Positions 38,620-54,612 of a stretch of 64,000 nucleotides of DNA are shown in pieces. The notes beneath the pieces are model-generated. The model had not been told where the DNA came from. It saw only the letters and a list, made by a program, of their open reading frames with translations, and did not search any database. The position numbers were made by a program, and so were the translations under genes. Origin of the DNA: Eledone cirrhosa (taxonomy: Eukaryota); the NCBI GenBank assembly GCA_964016885.1, contig OZ024740.1:211854001-211918000 (forward strand), read 5' to 3'. Numbering within the stretch: position 1 is the stretch's first letter; each line of letters opens with the position of its first letter.

Positions 38620-40610
38620 TTACATATGATTGCTCCACGGGTCGGACACCGTCATCATGGCATGGCGTCAGGTCCCCTACTCCCGCTAGGCCAATCGGGT
38701 CTGTGCGTACTCATTCTCATGCCTCCTGCCTGCGTCACCCGACGGATTCCATGCTGCAAATGTGCATCTTCTCTGGTGTTTGCATGTCATGATAATTTCA
38801 GACTTCAGGTTGACGGCGTCATCCTTCAGTCTGACTCTCTCCATGGCCTTGTGTAGGCACAATCGGCACTTTCTACTTCCGGCCGAATATGCCCTCACGT
38901 GGAGAACGATACTCAATTCCAGGGCGTATGGAGTGCCGTGGTCTTTCATGTCCCACACGAGGTCCGCTAACCTAGTTGAGTGCCTTTTGCTACGGTCCCT
39001 GAAGGAATTCGTGTGATTATACATCCGCGATTTAAAGGTCGTGGATGTTGCGCCGATGTAGGTTCGATGCGCATTTTGGGTTGTAACCACACACTTGTAT
39101 ATTAAGTCTTTCATTAAGCATTTTCCCTGTAGGGGGCACTGGGTGCCCGCTCTACAGTTGCAAGTTCTGCTGTCATTTCTTGTGCGTCCGATGTCTGGGC
39201 CCCGATCTAATATGGCCCTCTCAAGGTTCTCAGGGTGTTGTACAGCCGACACATTTGTCCCCCCCCATGCCACTATTTCCCTCTCGGTGTTGGACCATAT
39301 CGCCTTCGGCGGGCGCTTTGGTCGCCTCGGGGGCCGGGTTGTCATTTGAAGACAGGTCCCTAGGTGGTTCTCCGCGCTCCGAAACATGGTCACTCTGTCG
39401 CCGCGGTTGACGGCCTGTGTGCACCATATTCACCGCGTTAGTTCTAGTCATGTAGTCAGCCATATTTGGCGCCGTGGAGAAGGAGAATTCCACCGTGTGG
39501 CGGTTGAAGATTTTGTGGTACTTATTTGTCGTCGGAAAGCACTCATCCAGCGCTCGGAAGAAAAGTCCTGGCACGTTGGTGCGTACCTGTTTAGAATAAG
39601 GCGCATTGAACCAGGTAACGGCCTTAGATCTGTTCTTTCGTGTGCGTGGATTCTTGTTGGTGTGTCCAGGGCTCGGTGTCCGTCCAGTGCTCTGCCCAAC
39701 CACAATTCGTCTCGTGTGTTGTCCCTGTCTATTTGCCCGCTACGTTCGTCGTGGTTATGTTCTACAGTTATAGATTTACGTCGTGCTATGTGGTCATCTA
39801 TACGTCTATTCCCCTTAGGTCTATGTGATGCTATTGTCGGTGCTGTAGCACTAGAACCAGGCTGGTCGTGCTCCGTGGCGTGTGCCTCGTTCTTATTTGT
39901 CGAAGTCCTGTCAAAGGTCCCAGTTGCCACGGAGTATGCAGTGTGCGTGTCAGCCCCATGCCTCCGCATACTGGGTGGTCTGGCTCCCACGGGTGCCTTA
40001 GTCCTATCTCGGGTCGCTCCTGTGTCATTAAAGTTAGTAGTGTTGCTATTTGTGTTCCTGGCTACTGCTACCGGGTCAATTCTTCTACCTAAGGAGGCGC
40101 CCTCGCTATTGGCATTTCTGCACGCCATATCATTAGGCTCTACTCTATCCGGGGTGTATACTATGGTCTTTGTAACCGGCCCTGCTCAGTGCCTCATTAT
40201 AGTATTTGGCGTGCTGTTTAAACACTTCTGCGTTCGACGACAGGGTGGATACGCGTTTAGTCACCCCTTTAACTATGGCTTCTATGACTGACTCACGGAT
40301 AAGCCGTGTTGATTAAAAAATTGCGATATGCGCTTCCTCATGCGCTCCATCTGACTGGGGTTAAGGGAAGGAAGGTGAAAAGTGCGTCGTCTCTGTATAT
40401 TCCACCTCTGATCCCCGGGATCTCCTCCGTCAGCCTATGGATGAGATATATCCCCACCAGGTCGGTCACCTGCGCCGAGTCACTTGACCCCATGGTGATA
40501 TCGAAACTGTCGGGTCTGTCCCTCCTCTCCCATAACTTGTCTTCGAAACTAATCAGCATCTTTCTGGCTGCTACTATGAGATTGGTCTCGTCATGTTCTC
40601 GCTATTCCTA
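38620..40610 (-). mobile_element. Penelope-like element (RT + GIY-YIG), frameshifted
   Basis: FDITMGSSDSAQVTDLVG and YRDDA (40338..40559). WFNAPYS/IFNR (39230..39703). CNCR..CPL..KC, LIYKC, YIGAT, RMYNH, CRLC (38686..39393). Confidence 0.9.
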
Positions 40611-41059
40611 GATATACCGTCTATGTCCGATTCACTTTTTCAAATTATGCTGCGTATGGCCCTATAGCCATTCCTATTAGTATTGTCTTATTGCGTTGCC
40701 GGCGCTATAACTTTGTCAATGACCCATGTGGTCTCCCTAGGTAGTTTCACATTTTGTGTTGCCCGTATGTTATCGCTACCGCTATCTCTCCTATCCCTCT
40801 GTGTGCTCGTGGGGTGGTTCTGTTTCCGTGTGTTATGCGCCCTAGAGGCTGTCTGACTGTTATGCTATTATCCCTGTCTTTATTTATTTTCTGGGGTTTA
40901 CTATTTCGCGTTTGTTCGCGGTTATTGTATCTGTCTCCAACTATGTTATTTATATATATATATATGGAACGATCGACTTTCGTCAAACCAGACCGAGGGA
41001 ACAATGTTTCCGTTGGTCTTTCCAATTGCTAATACTATCTATCGGTCGCAACTCCAGGT

Positions 41060-41338
<279 letters not shown>

Positions 41339-41379
41339 CCAGCAATTACCAAGTGCATTACTGGTACTTTAATAATAAT

Positions 41380-41453
41380 GCTGTGATATATATTTCAATG
41401 ACGACACTGGCCACACTGTTCTGTGTGCGTGTGTCGTGACATCATCAGACAGC
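41380..41453 (-). ncRNA. Type I hammerhead ribozyme
   Basis: GCTGT-CTGATGA-(ACGACAC...GTGTCGT)-GAAAT-ATAT-ATC-ACAGC. Confidence 0.75.
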
Positions 41454-42678
41454 TTGTTACATAATAAGGTTATGTTTCCGAGGCAATCCAAATTGAATCG
41501 ACATGGGAACGGACGAAGTGTGTGCTTTTGGGTTCTTCATCCGTTCCCCTGTGAGTACCAATTCACCCCCACCGGTCTGCGTAGGCGCATGTCCGAAAGA
41601 AGTTGACCATTAGCTACCGCAGATTTCAACGAAATTCGCTTAGTCACTTCACCCTCTCAGCCAAACAATGACCCACTTAAGCCTGTACCATAGTTTACTG
41701 CTACGCATCCCGACTGTGACAGTCAGCCGAAAGCCAGAGGGGATGGGAGAGTGTTAGTTTTTACAGGTCACAATACTACCTCTCACCAAGCGTGGACAGT
41801 ACGACTGACCATCAACGGCTAAGAGAAAATAAACTTAATTCTAGGTATCATGGTTTTACATTGGAAGTTATGAGTGAGAGTTGGAAATAAAAATTAAAAT
41901 CCTAAATCAAATATCAGAAATTATAAATTAAACAATTAAAAAATTAACAATTAGAAATTAAAAAATTTTTCAAGTGAGAATCCGGATTGAGGTGAGTAAA
42001 AAAATATATAGACTGAAGTGAGTAAATAATATGGAGAGAGATGTTTAAGTAAGAAGTTCTGAGAGGGGTTCTAATGTCACAGTTACACTATCCACATATT
42101 GGACGATAGTGCCGTACATTAGAGCGGAGGGTAACCTACAGTATTCAAGGCAGTAGTCAATCTGGTACACAGTCATAATTTCCATCACATGGAACAAAAC
42201 CAAAGAAAAACAGACATAAAGTACACAAAAGAAAAGAACCAATAATGAATAAATGCAAAAACACAGAGTACATATATGCAAAATGATCCATATCATTGTC
42301 AATTTGTCAATGTATAGATTGAATTGAGGGGGCTTCTGTTCAAATGCGATTTGTTGCAGGAAAATAGGGGTTTATCTTAGTTTTTGTTTCCGCGTGTTTA
42401 TCCTGCCGAAAGTTGCTATTATGTCCGTCCAGTGTCAGGGGTTTCCATCCCCATGGTAGAGGGAATTTCCAGGGGTAGCTCATAGTTGGTTCCTCTCTTC
42501 TCCACCATATCAGTTACATCATAGAGCGCTCAACTAATTGGAGCTAAATTCTTAGGGTAAACATTGATGCAATTCAATTCAAGCATTCAACGTACTTTTT
42601 CCACATAGGAGTGACGGAGTAAATATCGCGTAAGGAAAAGCGAAGTAGTTTCAGATGTTCAAGTCCTTTAATAATAAG

Positions 42679-42752
42679 GCTGTGATATATATTTCAATGA
42701 CGACACTGGCCACTCTGTTCTGTGTGCGAGTGTCGTGACATCATCAGACAGC
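42679..42752 (-). ncRNA. Type I hammerhead ribozyme (second copy)
   Basis: Same core and stems as 41380-41453. Confidence 0.75.
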
Positions 42753-43611
42753 TTGTTACATAATAAGGTTATGTTTCTGAGGCAATCCAAATTGAATCGA
42801 CATGGGAACGGACGAAGTGTGTGCTTTTGGGTTCTTCATCCGTTCCCCTGTTCTCCGGATTCACCCCCACCGGTCTGCGCAGGCGCATGTCCGAAGGAAG
42901 TTGACCATTAGCTACCTCAGATTTCAACGAAATTCGCTTAGTCACTTCACCCTCTCAGCCAAACAATGACCCACTTAGGTCTGTACCATAGTTTACTGCT
43001 ACCCATCCCGACTGTGGCAGTCAGCCGAAAGCCAGAGGGGATGTGAGAGTGTTAGTTTTTACAGGTCACAATACTACCTCTCACCAAGCGTGGACAGTAC
43101 GACTGACCATCAACGGATAAGAGAAAATAAACTTAATTCTAGGTATCATGGTTTTACATTGGAAGTTATGGATGAGAGTTGGAAATAAAAATTAAAATCC
43201 TAAATCAAATATCAGAAATTATAAATTAAACAATTAAAAAATTAACAATTAGAAATTAAAAAATGTTTCAAGTGAGAATCCGGATTGAGGTGAGTAAAAA
43301 AAATATATAGACTGAAGTGAGTAAATAATTGTTTTGTTCCTGTTCAAATTTTTCCATTATATATAATACACGCTCACACGGCTTCCATTCCTTGGAACAT
43401 AACTTAACTACCGGCTCAACCCCGATCTAATCCGCCGTGACCTTTCTCCGAACTTTACACACCTTCCCACACTTGGTCTTTCCTTCCACGCATTACCTCT
43501 GTTCGATTTTGTTACTGTACTTGTTTATTTCCGTATATGATTCTTTACCTGTTCGCTATATGTCTCTCCACCACTCCCCTACACACCCTTTGAACTCTGT
43601 TCCCACACACT

Positions 43612-43650
43612 TCTCACCTGAGGAAGGGCTTATGCCCGAAACGTCGTTCC
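43612..43650 (+). ncRNA. Minimal hammerhead motif within a 380-bp unit bounded by ~33-bp direct repeats (43331, 43711)
   Basis: CTGAGGA-aGGGC-TTAT-GCCC-GAAAC-GTC. Stem I is weak. Confidence 0.55.
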
Positions 43651-43735
43651 CCACCACCACCCCACTCTCCAGAGCATGAAATTAATAAACATTCGTTGTA
43701 CTGCCTCTCTGTTTTGTTCCTGTTCAAATTTTTCC

Positions 43736-43775
<40 letters not shown>

Positions 43776-43923
43776 TATGCGAAGAAATACCTATGAGGGC
43801 TAGTAGACAACTGAAGACGGATATTCCTAACTTCTATTTCTAATTCTTCATTTATTATATATATATATATACATATATATATAGAGAGATTACAGTAATC
43901 AAAGTTCAGTTTAAGTCATATAT

Positions 43924-43972
43924 TTGCTTACAATTGTTTCCTCCAAACCGAGGTTTGGATTCTTCGGAGCAA
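43924..43972 (-). ncRNA. Type I hammerhead with CCGAAGA core
   Basis: TTGCT-CCGAAGA-aTCCAAACC-tc-GGTTTGGAg-GAAAC-AATT-GTA-AGCAA. Confidence 0.65.
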
Positions 43973-44499
43973 CTATTTATAACATACTTGACCTCCTTTT
44001 CAACCCAAGAGACACATAAAACATATGCGCATATTGATCAACAGTGGGGTGACATTCATCAAATGATATAGCATGGCAATTTACATATAAAGGTTACAGG
44101 ATAAAAATAAAATAAAAACAAGAGTGAAAATAAGAGTGAAAATAATGATAAACATGAAGCGTTGGCAGTCTATGAAGATAAAGCAAGAGGAAAACTTAGA
44201 GTAGTCAGTGTATGAAACAATCTCCCGTGCAGCATGCACGCGTGTCTTATTTATACATGATTAGAGTGCGTCAGAATGATATTTGCAGGGTCAGGCAGCT
44301 GAAGCAGGCAGTCGATCTTATTATGTAGGCTGAATTATTAAGTCATTTATTCTCATACATCTGTATGATATACAGTCTCGGATGCGGGGAGACACCAAAA
44401 TATCAAAAACCTTCAACATACTATAAACCTTATTGTAACGTAGGCAAGGCCGTACCACTGTCCTTGCTCACAAAACCACTCACATAATCCATTGCATAT

Positions 44500-46740
<2,241 letters not shown>

Positions 46741-47657
46741 ATATATAGACTCTTGAGTGCTACTGATAACATGTAAACCAGTACAACCTGTCGCATGGTC
46801 GGGTCGTCGGCGACTAAATTGGTAACCCCACCAAGTTTACTTGGTGAGGAGGGTGATTTTGGACACCCTGCAGGACAAAAAACAAAACCTGACAAAGGGC
46901 GGAAGAAGTGATAAGAGTTAACGGCCATCCAAAAATGTGTAAATATGTATATAAACATGTAAATATGTATGTGTATGTATATACGTGTGTATATGCCTGG
47001 AGTGTCAGGGAGGGGCATGTACCTCTGTAGGGGGGGGGGGGGGGGGGCTAGTCATGCCCTTTTCAGAACAGCTCGTCCTGCATTGGGTCCCACCTGACAA
47101 TCAGCTCTCACCTGTGGTCCCAAGAAGCTGTAGCATGCGACAGCGACTACACCCCGGTAAACCACCTTGGCTGGCGGGCCGAACCAGGTTGAGGGTAGCC
47201 GGACGGGTCTGAAACCCCCCGGTGAGTTAGATAGGGGATGCCTGCCCCTGCATGCGAAGACTGGACCCGGAGGAGTGAGTGGAGGAGGACAACATCGTCC
47301 CAACGGTCACGAAGGCGGCGACAGCAAGCGGTGTGGAGCGCTAGGGCACGGCAAGGTACTACAGACGTCTTGGCCATCCACTGCAGCTAAGGAAGTCTCT
47401 GGTCGTGACGGTCCTCCGTACCACCGGATTCTGGCTTCTGCAGCCGAGTGCGTGGGACCGTTACTGTGCACTTTTCTATCGTTCCTCCACGCATTCTGCA
47501 TCACCATGTACTGTCAGAAGTGGTGGTCATGCTATTGAAACCTAAGGTACCGTAATATATGTAATATATATTAAGAAATACTAAAATAGCTCTCATGTAA
47601 TATATAGACGACCCCTGATAACAGCTTTCCTTCAAATAGAACCTAAATGAAACACCA

Positions 47658-47818
47658 TTTCTTCTTCTTCTTCTTCTTCTTCTTCTTCTTCTTCTTCTTC
47701 TTCTTCTTCTTCTTCTTCTTCTTCTTCTTCTTCTTCTTCTTCTTCTTCTTCTTCTTCTTCTTCTTCTTCTTCTTCTTCTTCTTCTTCTTCTTCTTCTTCT
47801 TCTTCTTCTTCTTCTTCT
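47658..47818. repeat. (TTC)n microsatellite
   Basis: Directly visible. Confidence 0.98.
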
Positions 47819-48305
47819 CCAGAGTTTTAACGTACAAAAATATATACGATAAATTAATAAGTTTGAAAGTGAAACTGTGTTTAACTAAGTAACAATGGTG
47901 TATTTACATTAAGTGCCAACAGATCTAGTTTCATTCAATCGATCCAGTAAGAAAACAAAACATATTTATTGAAAAACATATCTTAAACAAATAATAAATT
48001 GTTATATATATTGACAACTGGTATAGGCACGTATATAAATTACACTCGTATATAACTAAAGAAAGATTGTTTGAGACATCTATAAATTGTACTTGACAAA
48101 TTGCAACAGATCTACATTATTTTCTTTAAGTTAGGTAAGTACCCAAGTCTTTATTTATACCTTTTATTAATATATAATACACACACTATTAGTCGAGAAG
48201 TCGAGACACTCAATTGAGTAATATTTTTTTAAAAGCCTTATTGGTTTACATGTAATATATATTCGACCGACAGCTACAAACACATGCATCATCTTTGTTT
48301 TTCTT

Positions 48306-48381
<76 letters not shown>

Positions 48382-48688
48382 ATATCTATCTATACCTTCT
48401 TTCTCTGGGATAGACACATGTGCTGAGCTCGCTCGGTAAGTTTCGTTTAAATTTATCTGGAAATTGTGAACTGTAAACTTTCATTTTTGTACCATTTTGT
48501 AGAGAGACTGCTCTGATCTGATTAGTTTTGGGAATTCTACCTGTTTTTATGTTAAAAAAGTGGCTCCAGCGCTACTTGGTGTTGCAAAAATTCTTGTGGT
48601 CAAAACAATTTTGATTGGTCGGTAGAGGTCATGTGAATGTAAAAAATTGATGTTGCGCCAAGACTGGGAAATGACTCTTTCACAACAA

Positions 48689-48748
<60 letters not shown>

Positions 48749-48833
48749 TAGTAGTGTTCGATGTTGTGATAATGGTTAGCAGGGATGTGTGTGCGGACAG
48801 CAACCTGTTGACAGTTCAAATGGCTATTAAGAT

Positions 48834-48897
<64 letters not shown>

Positions 48898-49004
48898 CAG
48901 AGTAATTCGTGGTAGCGGGATGGTCAGTAGCAATGTGTCTGTAAGGAGTGGGGGGGTATTTTAGCATGTCAAAAGATATTTTTCAGCTTTTGTCTTATAC
49001 GGAG

Positions 49005-49045
<41 letters not shown>

Positions 49046-49294
49046 AGTCTTTTTGTATGTTAATGTACGCGTGTGTATGTGTGTGTGTGTATATATGTGT
49101 GCGTGTGTGTGACAGAATGTGTGTGTGGGGGGACCAGTATTTTTTCCCCCTGGTAAAATGGTGTACATTATTCGATATATTGAGTAAAATCGATTCTCTC
49201 AATTGAGTAATATTTTTTTAAAAGCCTTATTGGTTTACATGTAATATATATTCGACCGACAGCTACAAACACACGCATCATCTTTGTTTTTCTT

Positions 49295-49329
<35 letters not shown>

Positions 49330-49331
<2 letters not shown>

Positions 49332-50490
49332 CATCTGCTGCCAACACCCTTCTAACGGAGGGCTGGGGATGCCGTGGTTGACGATGCGCAAACACGCGCT
49401 CAGGCTGCGGCATCTCTACGTATTCCTCACCGGACAACCGGTGTGGGCCCCGTTCGTGAGGCGAGCCTTCCCACGACTCGTCTCACTGACCGAGCTGCAG
49501 TCCTGGGTCAAGCAGAGACCGAGGAAAATGGGCGACTGGCACATCGAATGTGCTCAGGCGCTCACAGCCCTCTGGCAGGCGGACCCGGCGATCAGTGGAG
49601 ACTCCACTTCGTCATTCTATAGAGGGTTGGTCCGCAGCAAGTGCGACGACGCGCTCGGTGAAACTCTAGGCGTGGAGGAAGATGAACTGGCCAGTCTGTT
49701 CGGTAGGACCTTCCGCCCGGGACCGATGGACAACTTCCAAAAGTCCCTGGCCTGGCAGTGCTACCGAGGAGCTCTACCAGTTCGAGACAAGCTCTACAGA
49801 CATGGGCGCCCGGGCAGGGACCCTGCAAAAAAGATCTGTCCGAGGTGCGTGCGAGACGAAGAAACCGTCGCGCACGCATTCATACACTGCCCGGGCGTCA
49901 CTGACCTGTGGGGATATGTAGAACGACTATTGTCGCGGGTGGGACCAATCCAGTTGACCACCGAGTCCATTGTCATGATCAAACCGCCACCCTCCTTCAA
50001 AAACGAAGGAGAGGCGGTTTTCCTTTGTGTGATAGCTATGGCGAAAGAGGTTGTATGGTGGACAAGGTTGAAAGGGCTGAGGTCAGACACCTTTCTCTCC
50101 GGCCAACAACTGATTCTTTTTTTCAAATACCACTTTGGAAGAAGAATCAGGATGGAGAGAGAGGTGCTGTACCGCAGCAAGTTTTATGAAAGGTGGGTGA
50201 AAGTGGCGAGAATGGCCCGAGTGAATGGGCCTTCTCTCTATATCAGCCTGTAGATTGAGGAAAAGGAGGAGGAGAGGAAAGGAGTACAAGCTCTTCGTAC
50301 TCCTGGAGATGAGGGTTGCACATTTTTTCGGGGGTATGTGTTACCCATATAAACTGTCTCCCTCTATTGGGGAAAATCGACTAACTTTTAAATTCCATCT
50401 GTGATAACATTTTACACGTTTTTATTGTATGTAAACTTCCCCCTTTGTATTTGTCCCCTTCTTTTGTGCCCCTGTGGCTAATAAAGAAAT
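49330..50490 (+). mobile_element. 5'-truncated Tx1/L1-clade LINE inserted in the (TATC)n tract of an array unit
   Basis: GGLGMP, AWQCYRGALPV, CPRC...ETVAHAFIHC (zf-RVT). 3' UTR ends AATAAAGAAAT. TATC tract on both sides. Confidence 0.92.
49369..50253 (+). CDS. C-terminal region of Tx1-like ORF2 (zf-RVT), uninterrupted
   Basis: 294-aa ORF with CCHC motif, GC-rich against its flanks. Confidence 0.85.
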   Translation: MPWLTMRKHALRLRHLYVFLTGQPVWAPFVRRAFPRLVSLTELQSWVKQRPRKMGDWHIECAQALTALWQADPAISGDSTSSFYRGLVRSKCDDALGETLGVEEDELASLFGRTFRPGPMDNFQKSLAWQCYRGALPVRDKLYRHGRPGRDPAKKICPRCVRDEETVAHAFIHCPGVTDLWGYVERLLSRVGPIQLTTESIVMIKPPPSFKNEGEAVFLCVIAMAKEVVWWTRLKGLRSDTFLSGQQLILFFKYHFGRRIRMEREVLYRSKFYERWVKVARMARVNGPSLYISL

Positions 50491-50491
50491 A

Positions 50492-50546
<55 letters not shown>

Positions 50547-50841
50547 ACCTTCTTTCTCTGGGATAGACACATGTGCTGAGCTCGCTCGGTAAGTTTCGTT
50601 TAAATTTATCTGGAAATTGTGAACTGTAAACTTTCATTTTTGTACCATTTTGTAGAGAGACTGCTCTGATCTGATTAGTTTTGGGAATTCTACCTGTTTT
50701 TATGTTAAAAAAGTGGCTCCAGCGCTACTTGGTGTTGCAAAAATTCTTGTGGTCAAAACAATTTTGATTGGTCGGTAGAGGTCATGTGAATGTAAAAAAT
50801 TGATTTTGCGCCAAGACTGGGAAATGACTCTTTCACAACAA

Positions 50842-50877
<36 letters not shown>

Positions 50878-50962
50878 TAGTAGTGTTCGATGTTGTGATA
50901 ATGGTTAGCAGGGATGTGTGTGCGGACAGCAACCTGTTGACAGTTCAAATGGCTATTAAGAT

Positions 50963-51024
<62 letters not shown>

Positions 51025-51405
51025 CAGAGTAATTCGTGGTAGCGGGATGGTCAGTAGGAATGTGTCTGTAAGGAGTGGGGGGGGGTATTTTAGCATGTCA
51101 AAAGATATTTTTCAGCTTTTGTCTTATACGGAGAAGTGTGTGTGTGTGTGTGTATAAGTCTCTTTGTATGTTAATGTACGCGTGTGTATGTGTGTGTGTG
51201 TATATATGTGTGCGTGTGTGTGACAGAATGTGTGTGTGGGGGGACCAGTATGTTTTCCCCCTGGTAAAATGGTGTACATTATTCGATATATTGAGTAAAA
51301 TCGATTCTCTCAATTGAGTAATATTTTTTTAAAAGCCTTATTGGTTTACATGTAATATATATTCGACCGACAGCTACAAACACACGCATCATCTTTGTTT
51401 TTCTT

Positions 51406-51477
<72 letters not shown>

Positions 51478-51798
51478 ACCTTCTTTCTCTGGGATAGACA
51501 CATGTGCTGAGCTCGCTCGGTAAGTTTCGTTTAAATTTATCTGGAAATTGTGAACTGTAAACTTTCATTTTTGTACCATTTTGTAGAGAGACTGCTCTGA
51601 TCTGATTAGTTTTGGGAATTCTACCTGTTTTTATGTTAAAAAAGTGGCTCCAGCGCTACTTGGTGTTGCAAAAATTCTTGTGGTCAAAACAATTTTGATT
51701 GGTCGGTAGAGGTCATGTGAATGTAAAAAATTGATTTTGCGCCAAGACTGGGAAATGACTCTTTCACAACAAATATGTGTGTGTGTGTGTGTGTGTGT

Positions 51799-51840
<42 letters not shown>

Positions 51841-52062
51841 TAGTAGTGTTCGATGTTGTGATAATGGTTAGCAGGGATGTGTGTGCGGACAGCAACCTGT
51901 TGACAGTTCAAATGGCTATTAAGATAAGTGTGTGTGTGTGTGTGTGTGTGTGTAGCAGAGTAATTCGTGGTAGCGGGATGGTCAGTAGGAATGTGTCTGT
52001 AAGGAGTGGGGGGGTATTTTAGCATGTCAAAAGATATTTTTCAGCTTTTGTCTTATACGGAG

Positions 52063-52105
<43 letters not shown>

Positions 52106-52353
52106 AGTCTCTTTGTATGTTAATGTACGCGTGTGTATGTGTGTGTGTGTATATATGTGTGCGTGTGTGTGACAGAATGTGTGTGTGGGGGGACCAGTAT
52201 TTTTCCCCCTGGTAAAATGGTGTACATTATTCGATATATTGAGTAAAATCGATTCTCTTAATTGAGTAATATTTTTTTAAAAGCCTTATTGGTTTACATG
52301 TAATATATATTCGACCGACAGCTACAAACACACGCATCTTCTTTGTTTTTCTT

Positions 52354-52413
<60 letters not shown>

Positions 52414-52708
52414 ACCTTCTTTCTCCTTGATAGACACATGTGCTGAGCTCGCTCGGTAAGTTTCGTTTAAATTTATCTGGAAATTGTGAACTGTAAACTT
52501 TCATTTTTGTACCATTTTGTAGAGAGACTGCTCTGATCTGATTAGTTTTGGGAATTCTACCTGTTTCTATGTTAAAAAAGTGGCTCCAGCGCTACTTGGT
52601 GTTGCAAAAATTCTTGTGGTCAAAACAATTTTGATTGGTCGGTAGAGGTCATGTGAATGTAAAAAATTGATTTTGCGCCAAGACTGGGAAATGACTCTAT
52701 CACAACAA

Positions 52709-52792
<84 letters not shown>

Positions 52793-52877
52793 TAGTAGTG
52801 TTCGATGTTGTGATAATGGTTAGCAGGGATGTGTGTGCGGACAGCAACCTGTTGACAGTTCAAATGGCTATTAAGAT

Positions 52878-52967
<90 letters not shown>

Positions 52968-53187
52968 TAGTAGTGTTCGATGTTGTGATAATGGTTAGCA
53001 GGGATGTGTGTGCGGACAGCAACCTGTTGACAGTTCAAATGGCTATTAAGATAAGTGTGTGTGTGTGTGTGTGTGTGTAGCAGAGTAATTCGTGGTAGCG
53101 GGATGGTCAGTAGGAATGTGTCTGTAAGGAGTGGGGGGGTATTTTAGCATGTCAAAAGATATTTTTCAGCTTTTGTCTTATACGGAG

Positions 53188-53288
<101 letters not shown>

Positions 53289-53398
53289 GCAGAGTAATTC
53301 GTGGTAGCGGGATGGTCAGTAGGAATGTGTCTGTAAGGAGTGGGGGGGTATTTTAGCATGTCAAATGATATTTTTCAGCTTTTGTCTTATACGGAGAA

Positions 53399-53433
<35 letters not shown>

Positions 53434-53684
53434 AGTCTCTTTGTATGTTAATGTACGCGTGTGTATGTGTGTGTGTGTGTATATATGTGTGCGTGTGTGT
53501 GACAGAATGTGTGTGTGGGGGGACCAGTATGTTTTCCCCCTGGTAAAATGGTGTACATTATTCGATATATTGAGTAAAATCGATTCTCTCAATTGAGTAA
53601 TATTTTTTTAAAAGCCTTATTGGTTTACATGTAATATATATTCGACCGACAGCTACAAACACACGCATCATCTTTGTTTTTCTT

Positions 53685-53744
<60 letters not shown>

Positions 53745-54039
53745 ACCTTCTTTCTCTGGGATAGACACATGTGCTGAGCTCGCTCGGTAAGTTTCGTTTA
53801 AATTTATCTCGAAATTGTGAACTGTAAACTTTCATTTTTGTACCATTTTGTAGAGAGACTGCTCTGATCTGATTAGTTTTGGGAAATCTACCTGTTTTTA
53901 TGTTAAAAAAGTGGCTCCAGCGCTACTTGGTGTTGCAAAAATTATTGTGGTCAAAACAATTTTGATTGGTCGGTAGAGGTCATGTGAATGTAAAAAATTG
54001 ATTTTGCGCCAAGACTGGGAAATGACTCTTTCACAACAA

Positions 54040-54144
<105 letters not shown>

Positions 54145-54252
54145 GCAGAGTAATTCGTGGTAGCGGGATGGTCAGTAGGAATGTGTCTGTAAGGAGTGGG
54201 GGGGTATTTTAGCATGTCAAATGATATTTTTCAGCTTTTGTCTTATACGGAG

Positions 54253-54289
<37 letters not shown>

Positions 54290-54540
54290 AGTCTCTTTGT
54301 ATGTTAATGTACGCGTGTGTATGTGTGTGTGTGTGTATATATGTGTGCGTGTGTGTGACAGAATGTGTGTGTGGGGGGACCAGTATGTTTTCCCCCTGGT
54401 AAAATGGTGTACATTATTCGATATATTGAGTAAAATCGATTCTCTCAATTGAGTAATATTTTTTTAAAAGCCTTATTGGTTTACATGTAATATATATTCG
54501 ACCGACAGCTACAAACACACGCATCATCTTTGTTTTTCTT

Positions 54541-54612
<72 letters not shown>

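Larger units (their letters stand above)
41372..43328 (-). mobile_element. Retrozyme-like / non-autonomous PLE: two ~650-bp direct repeats, each ending in a hammerhead, around a ~650-bp non-coding core
   Basis: 41372-42030 is near-identical to 42671-43328. Confidence 0.75.

Noticed and set aside
39386-40291. 301-aa plus-strand ORF
   Set aside because: Antisense shadow of the GC-rich PLE ORF with no domain motifs
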